Part shown: positions 40,123 through 52,858 of the stretch, in pieces
Position numbering within the stretch: position 1 is the stretch's first letter
Layout of the letters: each line of letters opens with the position of its first letter
Source: Octopus sinensis
Lineage: Eukaryota
Assembly: GCF_006345805.1 (NCBI RefSeq)
Contig: NC_043008.1
Location: 1,178,001 to 1,242,000 of the forward strand
DNA length: 64,000 nucleotides
Direction of reading: 5' to 3'
Position numbers and translations under genes: made by a program
Notes under the pieces: model-generated
Databases searched by the model: none
What the model saw: only the letters and a program-made list of their open reading frames with translations
What the model was told of the DNA's origin: nothing

Positions 40123-42098
40123 ATATATACATATATATATATGTATGGTAGCGTATATTTGTATATACGTACATACATGCATATACATATGGATTTGTAT
40201 GTGTATGAGAATGTATGGATGCATGCATATGTGTGTCAGTGTCTATATGTAAGTCATAACATATGCACAACTGTGTAACTCTGTGTGCGACAAGAAATTG
40301 CCAGCGACGATCAAAAATTCGGTAATTACATTAAAACATATGACTTGAAATGGCGGAAATATAACTCAACAAAATAAACAACAGTATAAGGTCTTTCATT
40401 TGAAAATCAAAGTCAACTTGATTATAGCGAGATATAAATCAAGCAGACAGCACCATTACATATTAACTAAACAAATAGTAAAACAAAAATATCAATAAAA
40501 TAACAAAATCACATTAACAAACAGGAAAGGAATGATAAAAACGACTTTCTGTTTATATCTCTATATATTTCCATATCATGTTTTTAACAGTTTTGTCCGA
40601 GTTTCTACTACATAAGCAGATGTACTTTGGTGTTCCACATGTGTGTGAAGTATTGTCTTTTATGTACGTAGAAATACATTTGTATATTAAATCCGATATA
40701 TTTTATTAAAGGATCAGGCTTGTCGTTTCTGGTATTATTCAAATGGTTCCCCTGTTGTGCAGAATTTGCGTAGTGTGAGTCGTGTGCTGCTCCTCTTCCG
40801 TATATGCAGCATGACTGTTATTACATGTTTTAATATCGGTTACTGAATACTTAGAGTATGTGATTTGTGTGTTGCTTAGTATTAATAGGTTGTAATACTA
40901 TTGACTGAGAGCTGGGTAAGCTGCTGTTGTTACAGCTTCGGATAATTATTATATAACGGTATATCTATTTACTTCTTTAGGTAGTTTTGCAATAGGATAT
41001 GTCTATAACCTTAGTGCGACTGTGTGTGTGTATTTACAGCTTGAGTTGTGGCCATGTATTAAATGGTCTTACTAGCCTTTAACACGTATGTATGCAGAAG
41101 ATCTGCTTTTGTAGTATAATTTATGCTTTCGTTTATAGTTTTACACCATATGTCCTACTTCAAATTCTCTTCGTAGAATTCTTACGGTACTGTATCTCAG
41201 CTTGTTTAGTGAACTTTCACACAGATTTAGAAATCGTTTCCAATTTTATTTTAATACAGAAGAGAAAGAGATGTCGTGTAGAGATAAATTCAATATATCC
41301 GTTGATAATTTTAGTCCATTCCTTTTGATGTGCCTCTCAGTTTGGACAAATAAATTCTAAATCTGACTGGGCATATCGTTGTCATTCGCTGTGTTTTATA
41401 CAGATATAAACGTCCATGAATCTCCTTCAAAGTTGAACTAGAAGTTTATATCTTCTGGCAGGGAAAAGGTGATACACCCCGTTATTTTAAGATCCAACAT
41501 TTTCAACATTCTGTACATGATATTTCAAAATTATTCCATTACGTTATAGTTGTTGTTAAAAGTTAGCCTATGATCTGTTATGTTTTGAGCTATTTTTTAT
41601 GTTCTTTTTAGTTGCCATGCCGACCTACTTCCTGTTAATCGAACTAGAGATATATTGGCAATGATTTTATATATGCTAATGTTCTCTAATATATATTAGG
41701 AGATTGTTATCCCCCAGCTTCATCTTCATCATCCTTCTGGTGTCAGCTTTGCCGTTCATTCCTCCGTGGTCGATAAATTAAGTACAAGTCTTGTACTTTG
41801 GATGATGTAAACGGCATTGATTTCGATTTATTCGATCCTTTGTAGTAGAGTATGTGCTCAGACATATAGAGTTGCATGTCATTAGGTGGAGTCAAATGCG
41901 CGCATATCACCTTATAACACTAGAAGAGTTTGAGACCATTTAAGACATTTTCCCCAGTGCTAGATAAACAATTGGGATACGTTGCTACGTAAGAAAGTAT
42001 AGTTGGAAGAGTTCTATCCCCAGAATAGTTAAGAGAAGGGATGCATAAACATCAATTCAGATGATTACAAAATGCTCCATTAGATGCTACTGTCTCAG

Positions 42099-42299
42099 AT
42101 CACCAACAAACAGGAACAAACCCAAAGCACAAAAATGGGATTGACAGTGAATGGGAGCGGGAGAAAAGCAAAGTGCAGATTATTGTAAAAAAAGAAATCA
42201 ACACGGTGTCTCTGCGAGTGAAGGGACGGATGAAGATGGATGTTCAAGTTTTCATGAACCTCGAGACAACAAACCAACACCGAGACTGTGTCCTAAAGT
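42099..42299 (+). CDS. Candidate 201-nt internal exon (phase 1-1), unknown protein
   Basis: ctgtctcag| ... |gtaagt; length divisible by 3; only one frame open: HQQTGTNPKHKNGIDSEWEREKSKVQIIVKKEINTVSLRVKGRMKMDVQVFMNLETTNQHRDCVLK. No homology recognised. Confidence 0.3.
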
Positions 42300-43184
42300 G
42301 TAAGTACGAACTTAAAACTCCACATTCACAGTAGACAGCCCAACGTCTAGTATAGAAGTGGTAGTGAAAGCCATTTAAGTGCATCCGCTAGCATTGTAAC
42401 AAAGAAATATTTATTGGATTCATTTGATGAACAAGTTAGCACTGATTTAACTAGCAAGTCTCTTCAACAAAACATAGTATACCAGTGATAAACATTTGCT
42501 GATCAATAAATGACTGGAAATAAGAAAGCGAATAAGAAATATTAATTGAATGAAAATGTGCTTTAAAATAAAACAAAATAAGAAAAATATGAAAAAAATG
42601 TCATAGAGAAATATAAATATATTGGTAAAAAAAAAAGAACAAGAGTATTGATTATTGAACGAATATGCAGATTTAACAAAATATAACAACAGCAGACAAG
42701 ACATTGATAACAGATTTTGTATTGTAATTACGATACTTGCGTCATAATAAAGAAACATTAACAATTTAAGACTCATATTCTACACTATATTTTATTATTC
42801 TTTGTGTGAATGGAATATATTAAGTGTCTAATAATCGTGGTACATAGCAGAATTGTTGGAAGACGGAAAAGTAAAGGCTTTAGATTGTAGTTACGCTTTT
42901 TACGATCTGAGTTCGAAACTTGCAAAGCTTGATTTTGTTAATCATGTATCAGGTTTCGGTAAATTTTACAAGCATTTAACAATTCCTACAACGTTCTTTC
43001 TGATTTTTAGTGTTTAACTCGCGTTGGATTGAAAATACCATTAGAAGATTTGACAAAATATAATATGATATTTGGTTGCAGACTTATAATTTTGAGTCAA
43101 AATCACAATAATGTTACTTTCGATTTTCATTCCAAGGGAAGTGAAACGGGTTACCAGTGAATATTTCCTGGGTGTATAAAGATA

Positions 43185-43395
43185 AAAGGATGGCAGACTG
43201 GTTAGAAAGTCGGAAAGTGTGCATTGCAGTGTTTCTTCTGTATCTTTAGATTCTGGGTTCAAATACCGCCTAGCTCATCTTTGCTTTTTACCCATCCGAG
43301 GTCAATAAAGGAAACTAACAAACAAATAGTCAGGTGAATGGTATCAACTAACACCCTCCATTTACAATTGCCAGCTTCGTGACAAAATAAGACAA
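43185..43395 (+). mobile_element. Old SINE family A copy
   Basis: ggatggcagactggttag...ttctgggttcaaataccgcctagctcatctttgctttttacccatccgaggtcaataaa. Confidence 0.55.
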
Positions 43396-43989
43396 ATTCT
43401 CATGGGTTCACTCTTCTCCTCTTGCATTTCTGCCCCTGCCTCTCACCTCCTTGCTCTTCTTTGCCTGTAAAGAGAAATTTTGTAATATTTTAAGTGCCAC
43501 GGGACTTGGAAATCCCGAGAAGAATTTTTGTTGAAAACTGCTCATGCTGTGTTATTTATATGTAGGAAAATTATGCTCATTCTTGCATACTTTTTTACTT
43601 GTCTCTGAAAAAAAGAAAAAGAAAAGATGAATTTAGTGTGGCAAGAGATTATTTGTTTCATTCATAAATCAACAAAATGTTTTCTACGACCGGGAACGCC
43701 CACAAAATTCTGAAACTATAAGAATCATGTCTCTACAGACAGTAAACAAGAAAATCAGAATATGAATCATCATGCTTTGCAACCGTTCATACATTTTCAA
43801 TTGGAATAAAAAAAATTAAAAGTGATGTATCAATGAAAAAAAAATAGGACAATAGTTTCAGGAATTCGGTTAGCAATAACAGCAACGACAGCAGCACCAC
43901 CAGTAGCAGCAGCTACAAATACAATGACAACAGCAACAAATATAACAATAACAACAAGAACTACAGCGATATCAACAATAGAAAGAAGC

Positions 43990-44640
43990 ACAGCAACACA
44001 GACTCACACGAACAAATATTTTGCCGAACCAGAAATTTGCCTGAGAGACATTAACTGCAATAAATAATTTTGTAAGCAGCTGATTAAAGTTTAAGATTGC
44101 AATTATATAAGTCCTCATCAAATTCAAAGAACTCTGAAATTGAATTTCAAATATTGTTAAAGGCACTTTTGAAGTAAGGCTCGTCCGATGTAATATCGGG
44201 TAGTTTCCAACAGCCCCAGAAGAATATACGACAGTGCCGCCCTACTTTTCAAGAGCGACATCTAGAATAAGTAACAATCGAATATTAGAGAGGAACACAC
44301 CGGCCGATACTCTTGCACATCGACCATCGTGATAAGGAAGCTGCCCATGTGTTTATTATTAATAGCTTAACGGTACATCTCCTCGGTATAAACATCTCCC
44401 TTACTACAAATGTTCTTAAAGGCTTTTGGACTTAATCTGAGATTTGCAACTTTCTCAGATGTAAGGATTTATGTGTCTTTCTCATATTCACATTTATCAT
44501 TCAGATAATTCAGGATCAATTCCTTAAAATATGTTTAGAATCAGATATCCCTGACATGCGTTTACTGCACCGTCAGCTTCGATGAATTTCATTAAAAAAT
44601 ATCTCCAATAACAGAATTCTGGAGGAATAACTTCGACTTG
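43990..44640 (-). pseudogene. Decayed coding relic, family not recognised
   Basis: QVEVIPPEFCYWRYF.../TYFKELILNYLNDKCEYEKDT*ILTSEKVANLRLSPKAFKNICSKGDVYTEEMY.../GRHCRIFFWGCWKLPDITSDEPYFKSAFNNI*NSISEFFEFDEDLYNCNLKL*SAAYKIIYCS. Confidence 0.45.
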
Positions 44641-44720
44641 TAAACTTTAGGAAGTAGTTTATTATTAGTAATAATAATTATTTAGGAAGTAATATATTAT
44701 TAGCCAAATACACACACACA

Positions 44721-44762
<42 letters not shown>

Positions 44763-46399
44763 GTTCTTCACTCGGTTATTACTGTTCTTATTTTAACTCA
44801 TATCCATTGTCCGGAAATCTTTCGTCACATATCTGTCACCGGTTCAGCTACACTTTCCATCCACGAGTATGCTCCTGGATAGGCAGATGCCGTATACCTA
44901 TTTCAAGTATTTAACTTATACTTTTCCCTGTTTCTCTTTCTCCTAGCTTTTTTCTCTCTCTGTCTCTTTATATTTAAACTGGTAATAATTTTACTGATTA
45001 AAATAAACTAACTTTCTTCATGATTATGGTAAATATTTTAAAATGAATTAGACATAAATCATTTATTTATTTATTTAAATTCATTAACATTTATAATGCA
45101 TTATAATGATTCCATTTTTACGTTCTGTGGTATTTATGTTAATTAAACAGCTGTCGGGTAAAATAATATTGGGAACGATTTGTAAAATTTATGCCGTTCT
45201 GCTGTTCTGCTAAATATGCAGATCTTAAAGATCATTTTTGTCGATTATCTCTTTACACAAGTCGTTCCGAATATACTGCCCAGCAATAATCTCTCAGATT
45301 AGCCTTTCAGGTCTTAATTACCGTGCATTTTTTATGCTTATTTATGAAATCCCTTTTTATATATAAATAAACGTGTGTATGTGTGCATACGTACACGCGT
45401 ATGTGAGTGTGTGTGTGTGTGTGCGAGTATGTGTGTATGTATGTTTGTCTATGTGTGCGAGTGTGTATGTGTGCGTGCGTGTGTATGTGTGCATGCCTAT
45501 TTGTGTGTGTATGTGTGTGCGAGTATGTGTATGTGCATATGTGTGTATGCATGCTTAACTGTGTGCGAGCGTGTGTTTTCGCGCGCGCGTGTTTGTGTGT
45601 GTGTGTTTGTTGCATTTCTCCTGAATAGCGTAGAGACTAATATCGTAAATTCATTAATAAAACATTTTCGGTGGAAAAGCAAAGTGGAAACAAAAACTAA
45701 GAAAATTTCAAAATCCGAATAAGAAATGTGGAAGTCATTTCAATGAGATTTTAACAATATTCGGGAAAGTCTCTGTTAATCTTTGCTGCTGACATGGGTC
45801 AGAGGTCAGCTATTATTGTTCTCTCTTAGATGTCACGTCATGGCAGTTGTCTCTCTTGTGAAATCAAAATTTAAATCGAACTTACCTGGATAATTCACGT
45901 ATGAGTGCTCTTTGTATATTTCTATTTCTGTAATTTTTCGTATCCTATTGAATGAATCAATGTTAGTCGTTTCTTTTACACTGGTTTAGAAAGAGCGTGC
46001 TTCCATGAAAGGTTGATCAGATCTATAGATATCATACACACCGTCACTTTATAGTAGATGTAGCTATACTTAACACATGGATATGCTTTCACTTCTATAG
46101 TTCTCTCTTAGCTTGTAATGTAGAAAATTATTTTCATTTCTTCATTATCCCTTTCCACTGAAATTTTCTTCAACCTAATTAGATACTCGATTCGTATAAT
46201 AATCTACCTTTTAGTCTTCATTATATGCGCCTACAATAATTCCTTGATATGTCTTTATACCTTTTCGTTTGTGTATATCCTATTGAGTAGGTCAACCTTA
46301 GTCTTATTTTACATAGAGATGTAAGGAGCATTCTTTCCTGAACGGTAAACGGTAGACTATAGCTGTACATATATATATATATGTATGTATGTATTTATG

Positions 46400-46430
<31 letters not shown>

Positions 46431-47012
46431 TGTATGTATGTATGTATATATGTATATCATACGAACTTCCACTTTATGTTCAATGTACTTATACTTAATG
46501 GATATCTTTTTACCGTATATTTTTCTCTCTTAGCTTATAAAATAGAAAATTATTTTCCTCTCTTATTTTCCCTTGACACTTATCTGTTCTTGAACTTAAT
46601 TATATACTTGTTTCCTTCAATAATCTCCCTTTTAGCCTTCATTATCAGCGGCAACAATAATTCTCTGTTTTTCTTTTACTGTACGTTAGGGGTTATCTAG
46701 CAGTGTAAGTTGAATACTTGACATCACTCTAGTCTCTCTCCGCTGTTCACCTAATTCAATAACATTTTTCTTCAAATTAGTTATATTAAGTTAGTTTTTG
46801 CTTCAGCTACCTGTTTTTTGTTACCGCTACTTGTAAACTCAAGATCTTTTCCTGTTATTCTTATTATTCATTTACTATTTCTTCAAGGTTTATCTTTACT
46901 AGGATGTACTGCTTCCATTTCATTTTCGCCATTTTGACTCACAAATGTCATATCACGGGGAAAGCATTTTCTAACCTCGGCATCATTGTTGCCTGTTTTA
47001 ATTTACTTCTTA

Positions 47013-48275
47013 TTAGGTTGTCAAGAAAGTTCTTGCGGTTTTTAACCTTTCAATTCAGATGCATATATTGCGGCTCAAACAAAACTTTATTTATCGCAAT
47101 AAACACTATGAGAATCAACACACTTTTCCCAACGCAAAAAATGTTTATTTATGCCAGCAGCGTAAAAATACTGCTTTCTGGTGGTGATGAAGTCTTTGAA
47201 GGCGTTTTTCGCATCGTCTTGGTTTTTTAGGCATTTCTCACGCAGAACGTTGCCGAGGTGCTTGAAGAAGTGATAGTCTGTAGGCGAGAGGTCTGGTGAG
47301 TATGGCGGATGAAGGAGAGTTTCATAACCCAATTTGTTCAACTTCTGTAGGGTCAGTTATGACCAATGCTGGCTGTTGTTGTCGGAGTTTCTTATGCATT
47401 TCATCCATTTGCTGAGAGTACTTCTCCGCCGTAATGCTTTCGCCTGTATCCAAAAAGCTGTGATGGATGAGACCGGCCGCAGACCACCAAAGAGTCACCA
47501 TGACCCTCTTTTTGTGCAACTTCGTTTTCAAGAAGTGCCATGGAGCTTCCTCTGCGTCCAACCACTGAGCTAAGCGTCGCCGGTTGTCGTAAAGAACCCA
47601 CATTTCATAGCAAATCACAATCAGGTCGAGAAACGGGTGGGTCTTTTTTCCCAAAAGAAGGGAAGTCGAAACTTCAAAACGGCGTTTTTATATTATTTTT
47701 TTTTTTTTGGCGTGGGGTTTGTCGTTCAATTCATGCGGCACCCATTTCTCAAGTACTTTTGTTCTTCTCATCTGTTTCAAGTGGTTGCAAATTGTCATAT
47801 ACGTTACGTTTAGTTCAGAAGCATGCTCTAGAACAATTCTGCGTGGATTGGCTTCGACTAAGGCTCTTAGTTGAACGTTGTCAATATCCGATGGCCGACT
47901 ACCACTACGCTTATGATCTTCAAGACTCTCGTCACCGCTACGAAATTCCTTCACCCACCATTGTGTTGTACGTCCATTAGTGGTTGCTAGGCCAAATGCA
48001 TCGTTGATATCGCGAGCTGTTTCAGCAGCTTTTCGGTCTAGCTTTAACTGGAATAAGAAAATAGTGCGAATTTGGTTTTTGTCCCTTTTGTATTCGACGT
48101 TCTGCAGAAAATGGCCTAATTATTCAAAAAGAAACAGATTAGCCCGATTAGATAGAGCGAAAAACGGACTTTAAAATGATATATAAATTCAAAGTAATTT
48201 TACAAAAGTTAATTTGAAAATATATCATTTAAATCCAAAATTTAAAATTCCGCAAGAACTTTCTTGACAGCCTAA
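47013..48275 (-). mobile_element. Full-length mariner (DD34D) transposon, 1263 bp, transposase pseudogenised
   Basis: 26-bp TIRs TTAGG(T/C)TGTCAAGAAAGTTCTTGCGG with 1 mismatch; TA duplications at 47011-47012 and 48276-48277. Motifs KAAETARDIN, EFRSGDESLED, WVPHEL, IVICYEMW, YSPDLSPTDYHFF. Frameshifts present; HDN motif deleted. Confidence 0.97.
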
Positions 48276-49737
48276 TATTTTAATTTTATGTCTCCTACCC
48301 GGTTTTATCTGAATATTGCATGGACTCACCTACTTGTGGCATTTATTGTTTCTCCAGGTGAAATAATTGGGTAATTGTGGGTAAACGAGTATTCTTGCAT
48401 ATTCATCTACTTGACACAATTTGAAAAAGGCTGCAAGTGTAGTTTCTTTCGGAGAAAATGCTTGTTGCAAGACTGTTTACTTTGTAAAGATATTCCTGCG
48501 GCCATTCTCTAGACGAATACTGAGATGAATTTTAGCTGGGTGCCTCTCATCAATTGGAAAATAAAAGATGCGCCAAACAGCCTTATTGGCGCTATGCAAC
48601 TTCCTCATTTTTATTTATCTGCTGACAGCCTCTCTGCATAAGTGTGTATGTTTAGGATCTAAACCTTTGTTTATATATTTGCAAACATACTTGATAGAGT
48701 CAAACAGAGTTGCAGAATTCAACATTGACTCTGGCTGCCTGCACTCGTCTTTGCTTCACTGTAAAACACTGATCGTCTACATCATCGGAATTTTTTTGAA
48801 AACTTAAAATGGTGATTAAATATTATAACGATCTATGTCAATATCTTCACAAGAGTGATTGAAATAAATGGTGATTGTGGAAAACCGCACGCACGCACAC
48901 CACACGCATACACTCACGCACACAGACGCAGACACATGCACACGTATACACACAGTATCAAACAGATTAAATGGACGTGAGTGAAAGAGAGAGAGAGAGA
49001 GAGAGAGAGAGACAGTGAAGGGGTGTATTGTCACGTATACGTATATATATAAATAAGTATGCATACATCTTTTTTATATGTATGTGTGCTTGGCTGTGCG
49101 TGTGTGTGAGAGAGAGAGTGAGAGTCACTTAGACACCACCCTCTCTTTCTCTCGCTGTCGCACATAGACATATATACAAAGAAGATGTATGCATATGTAT
49201 TTATGTATGTACGTATACATGACAACAAACCCCTTCACTCCCTGTATCTTTCTCTCTCTCTCACACACACACACAAGCACACATACATAAATGTATGCAA
49301 ACTTACATACAAAAACACACGTGTGCGTGTGTTTACTGACTACAAATACACAGAGTTGAATACGGTGCGCAAAAGTACATAGATAAATACAGAAATTAAT
49401 GAAGTGTGCAATTCCAAGCGAAATCTGTGAACTTAGTAAATATTTCTTTCAGTAATAAATCGTAGTTGTTTGCAAACACCGAATTAAAAGTTCAAATAAA
49501 ATCATTAAAATAGAGAGTGAGAGATTTCGCAAATGAAAACGGAAAATTTCGCGGTTGAGAAGCCTTTTTAACGAAGTGAATCATATATTTAAATCAATAT
49601 TATTTATTCTTTAAAAAAGCTAACTAATGATTATATTACGTATCTGAGGTCTAATTATTCATGCAACCCAAGTATGGTAGTAATTCGCGCAGCCCTTTTC
49701 CCATGAAAAGCAAATACACACACTGACAAACAGAGGT

Positions 49738-50184
49738 CTATTTTATATAAGAGATAATTAGTAATTGACAAGTATTGTTTCCTATATCATACCATTTAAA
49801 GAAGTTGACGGAGTGGGAAAGAAATGACTTTTTATGTTTTCGGTCTTCGTTGACACAGGATAGGGAAAAGGTAAGAAATACTGCAGGCCTCGTTAGAGTA
49901 TCATACGTCCCTACTCGCCTGCCATTGACATAACCACTGCCAGTTGCTACCGCTTGGTGACTGGATATCTCTAAGTACTTTCTGTTGGAGAGAGCAATCT
50001 GATTTACTTCCCTGCGCTTATGATGAACTGGAAAGAAGGCTTGTTGCTGCTGTGGCTGCCTCGGCTCTTTTCCAATGCTTCTTCTCTTTTTCTCTTGCAT
50101 AGTAATTCCAGTTCCTCCGAGCAAAGACTGAGAAGACAGGTTCGCATCAAGACATGGTGTACAACTGGTATTTCTCTTTATAAT
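49738..50184 (-). CDS. Candidate coding exon or open frame in a non-repetitive, higher-GC island
   Basis: 447-nt stop-free frame (...TMQEKKRRSIGKEPRQPQQQQAFFPVHHKRREVNQIALSNRKYLE...); acceptor-like cctgtcttctcag| before 50127. No homology recognised. Confidence 0.25.
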   Translation of the reverse strand: MIKRNTSCTPCLDANLSSQSLLGGTGITMQEKKRRSIGKEPRQPQQQQAFFPVHHKRREVNQIALSNRKYLEISSHQAVATGSGYVNGRRVGTYDTLTRPAVFLTFSLSCVNEDRKHKKSFLSHSVNFFKWYDIGNNTCQLLIISYIK

Positions 50185-50577
50185 CTACCATTAGCATAAT
50201 GCAGTTTATTGTTATGCGCTTAACTGAAATCAATATCGGTTTTAAAGTTTTAAGCCTTTAGTGGCCATTACAACTCGATTTTGTTTGCCTCAGCAATATG
50301 TTGCGTTTCAACAGTTTTAATTTTACCACTCACCCGTTCTGTGATGCAAAAGTGGTGTCCAGCTACGGGTCATCACTTTATTTCTGCATGCCATCTAAAG
50401 GCAGAATTGTATAATAAACTCTTCTGCAAGCAATTTGGTTCTTTGTTTCTTAACTGTACCAGAGAATAACATATCTTTCCCCCAAAATCAGGTGGATTCC
50501 CAATGAAAATTATGCAAATGAAAGTAGGGAAGATTTACTCATATATTTTGTGTATTTTGTGAGTTTATTATACAATC

Positions 50578-51426
50578 TCAGAGCGAATACATGAATAGAC
50601 ATGACGACCTAGGGAGATCAACCCACCAGGGATTATGTAGAAAGCTAGGATTTGACCATACTGCAAAATGGTATGAACATGAATCTAGTAAATTGCTAGA
50701 AAGTAAGGAATATAAAATGTGAGATTTTCAAAATCTGAGTGGTAGAGTAAGAGAAGCTAGAAGGTCTGATTTATTAGTCGCAGTCAAGGAGAATAGGAAG
50801 TGCCAGGTAATTGATTTGAAATCTCAAATGATGAGAAAAATCAATGAGCGGTAGAGAGAAAATATCAGCGTACCGAGACCTAGCCGTTGAATTACATATT
50901 ATATGGAAAATGCAGGTAAAATGTAACACTGCAGTTATAGGGGTATTGGGGACTATCCCTAAAGAACTGAAAAGAGGATTAGAGAAAACAGACACAAAAC
51001 TCAGTGTAGTGCAGGTCCGAAAACATTACTATTAGGACCCGCAAGGATATTTACGAACTTCCTTGGCACCAAAATGTAACACTGCAGTTATAGGGGTATG
51101 GGGACTATTCCTAAAATCTGAAAAGAGGATTAGAGAAAACAGACACAAAACTCAGTGTAGTGCAGGTCCGAAAACATTACTATTAGGACCCGCAAGGATA
51201 TTTACGAACTTCCTTGGCACCAAAATGTAACACTGCAGTTATAGGGGTATGGGGACTATTCCTAAAATCTGAAAAGAGGATTAGAGAAAACAGGCATAAA
51301 ACTCAGTGTAGTGCAGGTCCGGAAACATTACTATTAGGACCCGCAAGGATAGTTACGAACTTCCTTGGCACCAAAATTTACTTGTAGCCTGATGTTGGAA
51401 ATATTTTTAGCAATGGTTCATAATCT
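50578..51426 (+). mobile_element. R4/Dong-type LINE 3' end (restriction-like endonuclease), ending in (TAA)n
   Basis: EYMNRHDDLG...KLGFDHTAKWYEHE...ARRSDLL...KENRKCQVID...REKISAYRDLAVEL...VIGVLGTIPK. Short UTR, then (TAA)n from 51427. Confidence 0.88.
50918..51372 (+). repeat. Tandem triplication, units of 153/151/151 bp
   Basis: Units start aaaatgtaacactgcagttatagggg at 50918, 51071 and 51222, and end cttccttggcacc. Confidence 0.98.
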
Positions 51427-51442
51427 AATAATAATAATAATG

Positions 51443-51509
<67 letters not shown>

Positions 51510-51922
51510 GAGTGCGACCATGAGATAGAGAATAGGATGCCAGACATAGTCTTAATTGAGAAAGAAAACAAACTATACTGGATCAAAGATATAGCATGCC
51601 CAGCTGACAACAAGGTATGCGATAAGGAAAAAAGAAAAGTCGAAAGATATAACAGGATAGCTTGGGAGGTTAAGCAGTTGTAGTCGATGGAAAAAGTGGC
51701 AGTATTATCAATAATTGTCGGAGCCCTGAGAACAGTGAGCAAAGATCTCGTGGAACAAATAGGGGCTGCAAAAGGGGTTGAGCACTTGTAGAAAACAGCA
51801 CTGATTGGAACCGCTCGAATACTCCAGAAGGTGCTCGAAAAATAAGAGGTGTTATCTTAGTTCACTGGTAGGGAACAGCTGACACCACAGTACATCTCCA
51901 GCATTAGAAACTGTGCAAAGGC
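51510..51922 (+). mobile_element. Second R4/Dong-type LINE 3' end, flanked on both sides by (TAA)n
   Basis: CDHEIENRMPDIVLIEKENKLYWIKDIACPADNKVCDKEKRKVERY...IIVGALRTVSK...KTALIGTARILQKVLEK (PD..D..E..K motif). (TAA)n at 51427-51509 and 51923-51984. Confidence 0.92.
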
Positions 51923-51984
<62 letters not shown>

Positions 51985-52824
51985 GATTCAACAGAAGAAA
52001 ACTTATAATTAACAATGGAAATTCCCAAAGCTCTATAATTGATGCTTACTCTCCTACATAGAATTCACTGTAAATGTAAATGACTCTATGATGCTAGTGG
52101 AACGAAACATAGACTGATGTATAAAATAAAGAGGCGAAATTTCCCAAGTCACGCTTCGATTTCTTAACAGAGCCGGCAATATTGCTGTGTGAAACAAAGC
52201 AAATAATTTATTTTTAAACCACTGCATACGTAATTCGAAGCAAAATTGTTGCATGCCACAGAAACATTAAAGATACAAAGCTATCGTGCTTGAATATATA
52301 AATGTCACATTAATGATTAGATAAACCGCACGTTGTGTGCCCAGACATCAGACGGGATGTCTCATTTTTAAGCAACATGGGAAATAAACTATCGTCGAAC
52401 CGATTATCTACCACTATAAATAAAAGGGGAATTAATGATAGAGACGTATTATTTTGTATGCGTTCTAAGTGACAATTAAATTAAAGATTGGGTTTTCTCG
52501 CTTCACTCACTATATTTTAACATAATTCTTATATATTATACGTTGATGCATTTCGTGATAAAGCAAGCAAGGTCTGCTTATAGCAAACACAATAACTTGG
52601 CTGTAATTCGACGTTATATTTTATTTTTATAATCTATTCAGCGCTCACCAATATTTCCGAAGTAATTACAATTTTCAACACAACAAATTTCACGCATTCT
52701 ATTATGGTTTTGTTAACATAATTTACTATTTAGTTCCAAATGTCGTGCTCCTGTTAACTTAGAGATTTAAACAAACCAACTTTCACGGCAGAAGAAGGTA
52801 AGTAAACAGTCAACAAAACGTATG

Positions 52825-52858
<34 letters not shown>

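Noticed and set aside
47540-47980. 146-aa plus ORF (also 32926-33357, 143 aa)
   Set aside because: Antisense shadows of the mariner and R4/Dong coding sequences.
50918-51372. CRISPR-like array
   Set aside because: Units are contiguous with no unique spacers and derive from LINE coding sequence in eukaryotic DNA.
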